Assembly (NCBI GenBank): GCA_905178155.1
Contig: CAJINV010000001.1
Coordinates: 13,656,664-13,720,663 of the forward strand
Direction: 5' to 3'
Origin: Amoebophrya sp. A120
Lineage: Eukaryota; Protista; Dinoflagellata
Length of the DNA: 64,000 bases
A program made the position numbers and the translations under genes. Below the pieces are notes generated by a model. It saw only the letters and a program-made list of their open reading frames with translations, did no database searches and was not told where the DNA came from. Shown piece by piece: positions 1 through 11,200 of the stretch (the first letter of the stretch is position 1; each line of letters opens with the position of its first letter).

Positions 1-2
1 CA

Positions 3-1604
3 ACCCCGATCGCGAAGAAGAAACTAGTCTTCAACACCAAAGAAGGCGTCCAGACTTGGTCTCCGGAGGAGGTCAAAGAATGGGAGCAAGAATGCGGGGC
101 AAAACTGGTCGACGGAGCCGAGGAAAAATGGGAGATCAAGCCGTGGGACGGTGAAGGACATTTTTCCGATTTTGTTCTTCGCGCCAAACGATGCGGCCAC
201 TCGCTTGCGTTCATGCGGACGAAGCTGGTCGGGCACATTACCGACTCTACTGCAGCTTCGAACGTGCAAGCGGTGATGGACGACATTGACAAGGAGCATC
301 CAGGGCTTAGCGATTCGATGTGGATGCGGAAACTGCTGGAAGAATACTGCCAGGAAGTGGAGAATCCGGGAGTAGACGAGTTGAAGCTGGAGAGCTGCAA
401 GCAAAATTCTTGGTCGTCGCTGCGTTACTATCAGAAGTTCGGGCGCCTCGCCCGGGATAGCAAAAACGACGTCAACTCGAAGTACTGCCTGAGCTTGTTC
501 AAGAATAACGCCGGGGTAACTTTACGCGCGGAAATAGCCCGCGCCAAGCCCAAGACTTGGCGCGAAATGTCTAGCGTTTGCGATACAGTTTTTGGGATTG
601 AACAAGCTGCGCATGCTTCTCGCCGCCAGAACAACCAGGCCAACGGTGGGAAGAAGAAGAAGCGGAAGCGCAAGAACAACAAGAAGAAGAAAGCAGCAAC
701 CAAGAAACAGGTCGACGAATCCAGCGCGGAGCTATCTACTTCTGAAGAATCCGGGGAAGAAGTCAACGCAGTCAGCAACGCGCAAACGGCTGCGCCCGCC
801 GCAAATCAGCAGTCGAAGAAGTTTGACGATGATACCTTTTGGGCTGAAGTGGGTCGTCGCGGTTTAACTTTGTCTCGCCGCGAGTCCTACTATGCCAACG
901 GCTACCACCAAGACAATGGATACAACTCGGGATACCAGCAGCAGCAGCAACAACACCAGCACCAGCCGCGTCCGTTTCCCTACGACGGGAAGAAGGGAAA
1001 AGGAAAAGCGAAGGGCGGAAAGGACCAGAAGGGCGGAAAACCGCCGCCGCCTAAGTTCGCGCCCTACCAACCGCGGCAGGCTTACAGCGTTTGGGACTAC
1101 AACGCCACCGATTTTCGCTGCTTCGATGAATATGGCGACTCTTACTACTCCCATGCCGGTGACGAGTGGGAGAGCTCTGGCGGGGAACAGGAAGAAAGTT
1201 TTTACTTGGAGGATTTTTTGCAAGATGAGGAGACCTACTCTACTACGCCTAGCACTTGTACTAGTTCTTCTCATGTAGAATTTTTGATCGATAGTGGCAG
1301 TTCTAAACATTTAACAGGCTCGCGCGATATTCTGCATGATCAAAAATCTTCCCTGACTTCCTTCAAAACCGCAGGCAGCGAGGCCCACGCCACTGCTGTC
1401 GGTTCTGTGAAGTTGCGCGGACTAGTTCTGCGGGATGTTCATTATATTCCAACTTTACGCAAAGACATTCTATCGCTTGGAAAACTGATCGAGAAAGGGG
1501 CCCGGTTGGAGTTTGGTAAAAGTCCCAAGCTTCTTCTTGGCTCTCAGAGTTTCGATCTTCACTTCAAAAGCAGCATTCTTATTTGTAAAATTCCCAAATC
1601 TTGA
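3..1604 (+). CDS. copia #1 gag + aspartic protease (frame open from the window edge)
   Basis: The frame is stop-free from position 3 to TGA 1602-1604. It has basic and Q/G-rich gag-like segments and the copia protease motif IDSGSSKH...LRDVHYIP.LRKDILS. Confidence 0.85.
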   Translation, partial: TPIAKKKLVFNTKEGVQTWSPEEVKEWEQECGAKLVDGAEEKWEIKPWDGEGHFSDFVLRAKRCGHSLAFMRTKLVGHITDSTAASNVQAVMDDIDKEHPGLSDSMWMRKLLEEYCQEVENPGVDELKLESCKQNSWSSLRYYQKFGRLARDSKNDVNSKYCLSLFKNNAGVTLRAEIARAKPKTWREMSSVCDTVFGIEQAAHASRRQNNQANGGKKKKRKRKNNKKKKAATKKQVDESSAELSTSEESGEEVNAVSNAQTAAPAANQQSKKFDDDTFWAEVGRRGLTLSRRESYYANGYHQDNGYNSGYQQQQQQHQHQPRPFPYDGKKGKGKAKGGKDQKGGKPPPPKFAPYQPRQAYSVWDYNATDFRCFDEYGDSYYSHAGDEWESSGGEQEESFYLEDFLQDEETYSTTPSTCTSSSHVEFLIDSGSSKHLTGSRDILHDQKSSLTSFKTAGSEAHATAVGSVKLRGLVLRDVHYIPTLRKDILSLGKLIEKGARLEFGKSPKLLLGSQSFDLHFKSSILICKIPKS

Positions 1605-3467
1605 CTAGAGTTAGAAGATAAAGACCGCTCTTTGTATGATGAAACCTATTTCATTGAAACTGTTCGTAGCTTGGGTCTTGAAGTTCCGGATGCCAATGCG
1701 GAGCGCGCCGCGACTGAAGGTTTCGCCTTCAGTGCATGCCGCCGCATTGACTTGGCTACTGTCAAAGACCATGCTGATTCGCTCGAGATTAACCCCGACG
1801 AATTTGAGTTATCTAGTATTCACATGCTGTTTGCTGAGATCGTAATTTTTTACAAGCTTCCGATGTTGTTCGTGTATTCAAAATTAGATATGTCTACCAT
1901 TCTCAAGCTGCGCCTGATTTCTGCAAATTTTAACTCTAGCATCACAAAAATTTCTGATGACTTGACCAAAACCGAAATTACTAGTAGCCAAGACTGTTTT
2001 GATGTAGAATTAGAAGAAGAGGAACTTGTTGCGCCACAAATTAAGAAATGGAATACTGGAAAGACACGACAGGGGCGCGAAACGGTTGCAAAGGGTACGA
2101 AAAAGATTCAGGATTTTGAAGTGTCGCGAATTGCTGCCGCGCTATCGTTCCCAAGTTTCCAAGCCATCTGGACTATTGTCAAGGCTCGTGTCAATACGCC
2201 CAGGGCTAGGAAATTGGTTTTGAACTTTTGCAGGCACAACCTAGGTCGCTTGCGAACTTTTGCATATCCGCACCACCGCACCGGTGGAGTGGATTCGGCA
2301 AAGTTGGGCGACTGGTGTGCTGCGGACACGTTCTTCGTTGGTCCAGGATCTGCTTGGGCAGTCCTGCACCTGATGAACTTGCATTCGCGCGCTAGCTTTG
2401 TAAAAATTCTACCAAAAGATAAAAAACCCAAGATGGCCGACGCCAGAGAGTTTCTCGAAGAGGCTCGAGGTCGTGGAATGCTTGGGAGAAACTTCATGTC
2501 GGACCAGGGTAAAGAATTTGACAACAGTGCAGTCAGGGACTTCCTGCAGCTGCATGATGTCGATATTTACCTGGTCCCGAAGTCCTCATGGGTTCAGGGT
2601 TCTATTGAAAGAAGGCACAGAACTTTCCGCACGGTCTTGAATCGGCTTTACTATATTTTTGGCGAAAAAGTTAGCTTGATCGGGAAACTGGTCTTGCAAG
2701 CTTGTAACGCCATAAATAGCACGCCGACGCGCCAGCTCAATTGTCTGAGTCCGCACCAGGTGCAGTTTATTCAGAATCCTTTTGAGCTTGAGCCGCTTGA
2801 CCCGGAAAATTCTAGTGCTGTTCAGTCGATTCTCGTGCGAGAGGACAGCAGCTGTGAAGATTATAAAATCCGCAGTGCCGCCCGCGCAGAGATTGAAAAA
2901 TTGAAAATCGATAAAATGTCTGCCGCGCAGATGAACAAACTCGAGGAACAGGCCCGGAATTCGTTTCCCGAGGCTGAAGTACTTGAAGTTGATCACTTGT
3001 GCGAATGGTACGACAAGGACATAAAAGCTTGGAACGGCCCCGCGAAAATCATTTATAAGCAGCAGAATCCAAATTCTGAAACGTTTATTATAGACTACCA
3101 GGGCGCGTTCAAGCGCGTGCATTCTTCTCATGTCCGGAGGCTTCTAACTTTGAATGAGATGGCATTTCCGCCGGAGTTGTTGCGTGTGATTCGCAAAACC
3201 CACGGGGTGCCGCAGAAGAAGGAACCGACTCCGGAAGTGGACGTCCAACCGGTTCGCGTAAAGCTTGGAACAATACAGGAAGAGAAGCAAGAAAAAGTCG
3301 ATGTTGACAAGCTTGATCAGTTTGAATCTCAATTGCAGCAGCCTGCTACTGATGATTTTCCTGCTGAGTTCCTGGATTCGGATGGGGGTTCGAATCAGGT
3401 ACAGGCACCGGAAATCGATCAGCAGCATCAGGATGCTGATGGGATTCCTGATAAGCCCACATTATGA
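1605..3467 (+). CDS. copia #1 integrase region, in the same frame as gag-PR and separated by a single TGA
   Basis: rve-like D,D,E motifs AADT, SDQGKEF and GSIERRHRT; C-terminal SH3-like segment W.GP.KI. Confidence 0.8.
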   Translation, partial: LELEDKDRSLYDETYFIETVRSLGLEVPDANAERAATEGFAFSACRRIDLATVKDHADSLEINPDEFELSSIHMLFAEIVIFYKLPMLFVYSKLDMSTILKLRLISANFNSSITKISDDLTKTEITSSQDCFDVELEEEELVAPQIKKWNTGKTRQGRETVAKGTKKIQDFEVSRIAAALSFPSFQAIWTIVKARVNTPRARKLVLNFCRHNLGRLRTFAYPHHRTGGVDSAKLGDWCAADTFFVGPGSAWAVLHLMNLHSRASFVKILPKDKKPKMADAREFLEEARGRGMLGRNFMSDQGKEFDNSAVRDFLQLHDVDIYLVPKSSWVQGSIERRHRTFRTVLNRLYYIFGEKVSLIGKLVLQACNAINSTPTRQLNCLSPHQVQFIQNPFELEPLDPENSSAVQSILVREDSSCEDYKIRSAARAEIEKLKIDKMSAAQMNKLEEQARNSFPEAEVLEVDHLCEWYDKDIKAWNGPAKIIYKQQNPNSETFIIDYQGAFKRVHSSHVRRLLTLNEMAFPPELLRVIRKTHGVPQKKEPTPEVDVQPVRVKLGTIQEEKQEKVDVDKLDQFESQLQQPATDDFPAEFLDSDGGSNQVQAPEIDQQHQDADGIPDKPTL

Positions 3468-5344
3468 CTTTCTCATGACTATCTTCGTTCGCTTTACTCT
3501 TCTCTGCGTGAAAAGGAGGAAAAGAAATTGAAAGCATTTATAGAATCTATAGAGCCTCAGGCGGGAAGATTGCACTGGAAAGAGAAAAGGGAACAAATCG
3601 AACAAGTTGCCGAACTAATTAGAAAACAGCCCGAAGCAAGGGACTGGAGAGAAACGGAAATTGCAAACATGGCCGCGAAGGTTTTCAAGGAGTTAAAAGA
3701 CGACCCCGACTTTACTCCTGAAGACGAAGAACAATTCGTAGTCATGATTGCGATGCATTTCGATCCAGATTCCGAAAATTCCGAGTGTCTTTGTTTTAAG
3801 GCTGCAGCTGCAGCGGCTGAAGATTCCGGGTATGTCCTTGAGGACCCTATGGGGGTGGTTGCGATTTCAAAAGAAATCAAAGCTCATGCCGAAGTTTTCA
3901 GACCCGCCACAGCGCAGGACCTTCAGGAGTATTCGCCGCGCCGTCCTATTCCGTGCAAGATGCCGCTGAGTATCAAGCGCGATGGGAGGCACATAGCAAG
4001 AATTGTTTACCTGGGATTCTTGGCACCAAGGTCGCCCTTGGCTACCTATGCAGGAGTTTGTTCCCGATGCTGTTACGGTTAAGACCTTGCTGTCGTTGTT
4101 TATTTCGCCGCCAGGCATGGACTTGCTGAGCAGTGACGCATCTAGTGCATTCTTGCAGGCTGACTACCCTGATAAAAATGGTTTGATCCAGTTTGATGCC
4201 CGATTGAGTTCTTTTCTTGGTTATTCGGTGGGGAAAGTGGTGAAGTGTATGAACGGCCTAAAACTCTCTTCGATTGGTTGGGCAGTTCATCGCGATGACC
4301 ACCTGAAGAAAAATGGTTGGGAGCAGAACAGGCGGGAGCCATGCATCTGGACAAAGCTCGGATGCATTCTAGCCGTGTTTGTTGACATCTTTTATTTCTT
4401 CGGACCCTCGAAAACCATAAGAATTCTTCACGATGAGCTACAGCCTATTCTGAAACTTGTTGAAGAGCCTTCGATCGATACACCGACGTCACGGACTTGG
4501 GATGTCCTTGGCATCCAGGTCGTGTTAGATCGCCGAACGCGCAAGCTTTGGCTGAATCAAGACGCATACGTGGATCGACTTCTGAAGCGGTTTGGCGGGG
4601 ATAGTGGTAGGAAAATCACTTGTCCCATGGAGCGTGAAACCACTTCAGAACTCGCCCCAGGAATGCAAACGGTGTCAGATTCGCTCTACAGAGAAAAGAT
4701 GGAACTTGTTGGCAGTCTTCAGTACTTGTGCACAACCCGACCGGACTTGATCACAAGTCTCAAGTATTGCGCTAAGGCTCCCGCATCTGAAAAATGTGTG
4801 ACGAGCCTCAAGCGATTAGTGAGATACTTGCGATCTCGCCGATCTTTGTGCTTTTATCCAAATGACGGGACGACTATCAAGGTCGATGGTCACAGCGACG
4901 CGGATTGGGCCAGTTTTCAGGACAGATTTCCGAGTACCGGTCTCGTAGTCTTCCTGAACGGCAGTCCGGTGCTGACCAAATCCATCACCCAGGCATCAAT
5001 TGCTACTTCGGTAAGCGAAGCAGAATTGTACGCCATGAGTGAAACTGCAAAAGCCACGCTACGGATCTACTTGTTTTGTCAATCAATCTGGGAGACACTA
5101 AGCCAGTTCGGTTTCCAACGAATTGCCTTACCGCTCCAGATTGCAAATGAAGATTGCAAATGACAATAGTGCAAGTTGCAAAATCACGGTAGGGGCTGCA
5201 GGGATTCCCGCAAAAATGAAACATATGGAGATAAGGGATTTTTATGTGAAAGATTTGACCGAAAAGGGAATCGTGGAGCCTGTGCAAGTTGAGAGCGCTC
5301 GGAACCGTGCGAACATTCTTACCAAAGTCTGCTCCGGTGGGTGA
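3468..5344 (+). pseudogene. copia #1 reverse transcriptase/RNase H, disrupted
   Basis: RVT_2 and RNase H motifs are spread over three frames. There is a frameshift near 4055-4063 and a 13-bp tandem duplication AGATTGCAAATGA (5138-5150/5151-5163). YVDD reads FVDI. Confidence 0.85.
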
Positions 5345-5698
5345 AGAATTCGCTCGGGGATTGCAACAGCTCCAGATTGAACTTTCGCCCTGAAAATTTC
5401 GCTTCGCCACGCCTGTACTTGTGTCATTCCAGATTTTACCTGCATACTGCACACCTTTGCTTACTCTTTTGATTTATTTTCTGCTTTTTCACGATCTTCC
5501 TAAACCCTAATGTGACTTTCTCGATCTACCTATTGTATGATGTGACTTTATCCTGATTTGTAATGCAATTTGTATGATCTAGGTTTCTACTTGTATGATT
5601 TTGCCTCCGTGTATGATTTGCATGTGTAATTTTCTGTTGACTTCGAAACACCTACTGCAGTGGCTTGATTGAAGATGTTGGATACGACATAGGCGGGA

Positions 5699-6044
5699 TG
5701 TTTGGATCGTAAATTGTCCACCTCCAGCCCATAGTCAAAGTGTCGTGATCCAAATCTTAAATCGCTACGATCTAAACACATTCTAAATCTTAGCTAGAAT
5801 ATTCGAAACACCATAAGACGGGCACGAATGGCAAGACCAGAAATGTGAGATATTCCAAAGGCCCCAGATTTACCATGGACCACCATACCGCCGGGATTAT
5901 GAATGAACAATGTTTACAGGGCCCTTGAGTCAACACTTACTACCACTCTGAATCTCCAATACGCCTATACTGTGGCGATATCTATTCTTTATTTCTCTAG
6001 TGTGTTCTCGGCGTATTTGACGGGTTCGGAGCTCTTCGCTAACA
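5699..6044 (+). repeat. probable 3' LTR of copia #1
   Basis: Starts TGTTTGG directly after the purine tract AGGCGGGA and ends CTAACA, the same terminus as the copia #2 LTRs. The partner LTR is not in the window. Confidence 0.55.
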
Positions 6045-6161
6045 CTGCAGCCGATCGGCCAGCAGAGCATCAGGGACAACATCAACGAGCTCAAAACAAT
6101 ACTCGATCAACGTTTTGGACTCAGCGTCAGTGACTCCCAGGGCGGGCAGAAACAGATCAAG

Positions 6162-7541
6162 ATGGCAGGAGACGACACGATCGCCGACCCGGTGACTGCC
6201 GCCGACCCGGCACCGCAGACGCCAGATAACGACGACGTTCTCGCGATCCGGCTTCGGGCTATCCAACAGTCCGACGTCTCCGCCTTTCGCTCTCTTCGCG
6301 TAGTGATAGATCACATGGAAGAGAAAAAAGCAATTCTCACACTCCAGGAGGAACTGAATCAAGAAGTGAAAGCATGTTGGGCTGCAAAATCGTCCGGCGG
6401 GCAGAGTGATGCGGACGGAGAGGGCGCGCAAGGACACATGATGCGGACGGAGACCGCCGCAAACGCAGAGAAGCTTAGTACGCCGCAAGGTGAGACGGGA
6501 TGCGCTCCCACAATGAGCGACGTCATAGATGAAAAGTGGAAATTTGATATGGCGGCGTCGAACATCAAGGAGACAACCGCTACAACCGCCACTGTCGGAG
6601 AGAATAGCGCAGAAGACCTGCAAAAACCAGAAGCATTACAGCGCCTGTCCCTCCTCCTCCAGACGGCCTTAGAAAAGCACGAGAGGCGCCACTTACTGGA
6701 GGACGACTTGGCGCATGGAGAGGGCAGCAAAGGTATCTTATGAGCGAGAACGAGAGAAGTTCCGGCATTGATTTGATTAGTCGTGTCCACAGATCGAAAT
6801 CCGCAATAATGGTTGATTGAACAACTTATGGTCCCGCGATACCGGTGTTTTGTTTTCGCTGTCGGTCGGAGGTGGATACGCAAAGCTTAGATTGAATATC
6901 AATACGTGATCTGCCCCCCACAATGATAATGAATAAGAATGACGAGCACGAGTGTGGAAGTGGAACGTAAAAAAGACCTATTAATTTGATTTACCACAGC
7001 CGGCGAGTCGAAGTTGCAAGAAGAGATTAACGACCTACGATCCGCGTTGCGCACAGAATTCAAAGAGTGCGCTGAAAGTCGTCGATTATTGTTGGAGATT
7101 GCGGGTAATCCAGGCAATGACTGGTCGGAGATTGCGGGCAGTGTAGCAGCGTCTGGTAAACCAGAGCCACAAGCAGAAGGACTGCCCGGACCAGAAGACC
7201 ACGGGCAGAAGGAGCGTCTGGAAAAATTGATCGACGAGTCGGACACAAAAGGTTGCTACGGGTATAAGTCGACGGCGGACGTCGAAGGACAGCATAGCAA
7301 CAACATACTGACGTCGCACTTGAACATCGATGAGAATTTGATCGGGAAGGAAGACGCCACCGGACAGGACGCCACCATCTCAGATCCAGATCCACTAGAT
7401 GCTGCTGCAAGATTAGACGTTGCCTTGACGAAGGTGACCCAAGCAAAAGAGAAGATAGCGCTTTACGTCAAGTATATGGCGGGCTCTCTGGAGGTCAGGA
7501 AGAAACTCAAACTCCCGGGCGCACCGGACGGTATTACATGA
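6162..7541 (+). CDS. hypothetical coiled-coil protein, 2 exons (6162-6732, 7000-7541)
   Basis: A canonical GT-AG intron at 6733-6999 joins ORF 6162 to ORF 7014 in frame (G|CC GGC GAG TCG AAG TTG). Confidence 0.6.
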
Positions 7542-8268
7542 CTCGAGTTGTCAATTGTTTTTCTTTTCTTGTACTAGCAGCCGGACAGCGATAACATAAT
7601 CCAAAAGGCATGTTACAAGGCGCCAACAATGCAAAAGAGGGCGCGATGAAGGCTTCAGAAAAAAAGGCAGCGCGCAACTTTTCCCGCCGACTGGCCTTGC
7701 GCGAGCTCTCTAATGTAGGGAATGCCCTGGCGCAAGGACGCAGCGCTGAAGCCAGGAGGCCCAGATCCAAGGCCACTGAATTGTTCGCGCAGCCACCCGC
7801 GATTTGCGCTGGGAAGCGCGGCGCCACGATCAGAGGGCGGCCAGGCCACTTTGGCCGCAGTATGGGTACAGGCGCCTCGTATTTGGCTATCAGGACCTTG
7901 CGGCGCCCGCCTCGGGGTGTCCGATGGCTTGCTCGGGGCGCCCGACAGCTTCCATCCGTGCCTCGACCTCTCGCTTCTGCTTGCCGTCCGGCCTCCTCCG
8001 CTTGTCTCCCGATACAGCCCCCCGACCGGTCCCTCCTCTTGCCTCCCGCTCCGACCTTCCTCTCTGACCTCCCCCGCCGACCTCCTCCTCGGAGGAGGAG
8101 GTCGGCGGGCATGTGTGCTGTATGCTATGCAAAAAACCACTCTGACCTCATTACCACCGCGGACGCGGCTACTATTTGCACATAGTCTGGCGCTAGAGTT
8201 CTTTCAGAAAAGCAGCACGAAAAAGATTTTTCCTCCACCCTTCTTCAGCCGTCCCGAACATCCTGCAG

Positions 8269-11200
8269 TTGTTCGACGACCCTCTGACGAATTCGTCGAA
8301 GGAGCGCATGCGACGAGTGCAGGCAGCGATGCGACTGAGCCCGATGGTGGCTCCCTATCCAGACATCTGTCTTCCGAAACACGTAGCAGCGCCGGGCTCG
8401 ACCAAGGGGAGCAGCAAAGTAGAAGATGTCGAGGAACCTATGAATCTAGATTCGCTGTACGGCCGTTTCCTGCTTCGTGGCGATCAAGCACTTTGGCAAG
8501 AGTCCCCCGCCATTCACGACAACACCCACCATAATGTGGCCGGGACTTGTATGTGTCACGCCCTTGCCGACGTATACGCTTCGGATCGACGCGTTGCGAA
8601 GTTCCTCAAGGACGTGATCCCGGACTGGGATCCGGAAAATTTGCAAAAGGCTTTAAAAGTGAAGAACGGAGAGAGCATCCGTTTGCCTGCAGCGGTGCGC
8701 GAGCACTATGAGCAGGGGCCAGCGCCTTCATCGCCCGACAAATCCCAGCCGAAGTTTGAAAATCCAGCAACCCACGCGCGGTACCGCTTCCTGCACAACT
8801 TTTGCGCGTACGTGCAGATCATCAAGGGCGCAGATCGAATTTTAGCCGGGAAATCGGGAGAAAGCATCAACTTCGGCGACCCAAAACAACTTAACGAGCT
8901 CTACGAGAACAAGGACTCCCGCACCGACCACATCGAGTATATTCGCCGCCATCAGGAGAAAATCAAAGGAGTTTTCCGTGACAAGAAGCAGCTCACGGGA
9001 CCGCTGCAGAAGGCCCGCTACATGTCCGACACGAAGAGGAACGCTTCGGGCCCGATGAACGACAACGACACAGAGCCGAAGGGACTGTCATCCGAGCTAC
9101 GTCAGATGAAGAGCGTCGACGCGAGCGGTGAAGTGCAGTATTTAAACGGAAAAGACTACATCGATCTGATGGAGTTTCTTTTCGGAAGTGGTGGCAAAGA
9201 AGGAACAGCCGTGCTGCGAAAGCCAGCCCATGGTGATATGAGTAGTTCATTCCAGACGTTCTTCGCCAGGAAGTGCAATCGTGGTGAAGGTGAGATCCCC
9301 ACAGAGCTCTGTAAAGCGAGTGTTCAGCTTGCTCGAGAGGCCCGTATGGCCCGTAGTCGTACACCAGCAGCGGCCCAAGGGCTCCAGGGGCAGCAGAAGG
9401 AGTGGATCAATGGCGTCGCGAAGACGCAAGCAGCCAGAAAGATGGCAATTCAGTTCCTCCTTCCAAAGTGTGTTGAGGAAGTGGAAGCTGGAGGCTCGCC
9501 AAAATGCCCGCGCGCACCTTATAGCCTGCTCAGATTACAATCTCAACTGTTACAATATAATTTCAGTTTTTTGATGAAAAAAGTAGCTATTTTAAAACTA
9601 AATAGAAAAGTAGTTGTTAGTGGACAAGACGAACACCTGAGCGCTCACGCTGTCAACCTCTGCGACACTACACCTTTCCGGTATCAATTCACTACATGCG
9701 CAAGCACGCAGGCGACGTATGTCTCTTGCTGCGTTGCATCCTGTCAGGATTCACATGATTCTCATAGTTCTTCTCCTATGCCGTGGCATAGTCAATCGCC
9801 AGCAATCTGCCATATCGGATCATAGTCGTTTGCACTATGCAGATCCATAGCGATCCCTATGCCATTCCATATCCATTCCTATGCTCTGCCGTATGGTCTA
9901 TCGGTATGCATTTCATACCGTCGTCTCCTATGTGGATCATGTGCCACCATATGGCATTTGGGGCCCTATGCAGATCATCAGAGGCATGCAGCTCCTGGAT
10001 GTCAGCTATAGAGGTTGGCAGGCTAGATCAGGGGTTGGGGTTTAGATCACATGACCAGCGTCCCTCCTCAATCGCTGCGGTCCCCTCCTCAAGCATAGCC
10101 ACCAGGTATCCTGACTCCTCCTACTACATACGTCCTGCTCATATGTAATTCTGTATATGTGCTATATTGGTCTCCTATATGGCATCCCCTAGATGTGTGG
10201 GCCTATGCATAGCCCCGACATATGGGCGCTGCCTATATATGGCTACGACTATGCATGCCTATGCCTATGCCCATGCCTAATTTTGTATATGTGAGTCCTA
10301 TATGTAGACCACCTGTCTGGCTATATGCCACATATCCGATCTTCGCTATGTGTATGGCCATAGTGTATATATGTGTATATGGCCACTATGCCTCTGCGTC
10401 CTAATATATACTCCATATGCGCCATATGCGCATCCGCTGGCTTTGGCATATGTCACCCATCTGGGTTCTCTATATGTCAGCGAGCCTCTTTCTCTATGGT
10501 CTAGCGCATTAGTTTTTATATGACAACCAGTGCGATTTTGCTTAGGTACCATATCCATACTACATATGTGTCCTTGTATATGGGATTTGGTGTGTCCTAT
10601 ATATGTATTGTCCATATGCGAATAGTCAATATGGCTATATTTCCCACCTATGCTATCCGCCATATGCAGACCGTCCGTATCACTATGCGTATCCCCTGTC
10701 CTCAGAAGCCCAGAGATACGCTATATACTACTGCCCCAGCTTGGGTATGTCATATCTATATCGTCTCCATCTTCTTGGTCAGAATCAGGAGAGTCACGAC
10801 TGTAGTCAGGATCCGGGCGGGTTATCCATGTGGTGCAGCAATAGGCGTCCCTGAGGGGCACTACACTCCAGCGTCGTCAAGCCATCCGCCTTCATCAGAT
10901 AGGTAGGACAAAGCAAAATCTTATCCGCTGCGTCTCTTGCGCGAAGATATCGCAGGGCGTAGTGCCTCGATTTCGGCTTATTATCTGTGCTCTTGGCTGT
11001 AGTGATTGCGGACTGGTTGTCCACCCACGATATGGCATCATCCAGGAAGGGGGGCAGCCATTCTGTGCTTCCACCATGGTGGACGGGAGAGGTCGGAAGA
11101 AGTCTGTCAAGTCGCTCTGTTCGGAGGGCGCCATCGTGTCACTAGCTGCGATATTTATACTCGCTCTCCGCTGTGCTATATGCACGAACGGACTGCCGAT

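Larger units (their letters stand above)
1..6044 (+). mobile_element. Ty1/copia LTR retrotransposon #1, degenerate; 5' end lies outside the window
   Basis: Domain order is gag-PR-IN-RT-RH. PR: FLIDSGSSKHLTG. IN: AADTF / FMSDQGKEF / QGSIERRHR. RT: SSDASSAFLQAD, REPCIW, VFVD. RH: HSDADWAS, SVSEAELYA, KHMEIRDFYVKD, NRANILTK. A purine tract followed by TG lies at 5691-5700. Confidence 0.93.

Noticed and set aside
1602-3467. Stop-codon reassignment (UGA=Trp) as the explanation for in-frame TGAs
   Set aside because: Host genes use TGG for conserved Trp, have long stop-free frames and end on TGA, TAA or TAG. In-frame stops are confined to transposons.
9520-9825. C-terminal ~100 aa of ORF 8269-9825, and similar tails on ORFs ending at 29739, 37135, 51427 and 55415
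   Set aside because: These are read-through into TIR elements or the LTR, not real protein ends under the splice models.
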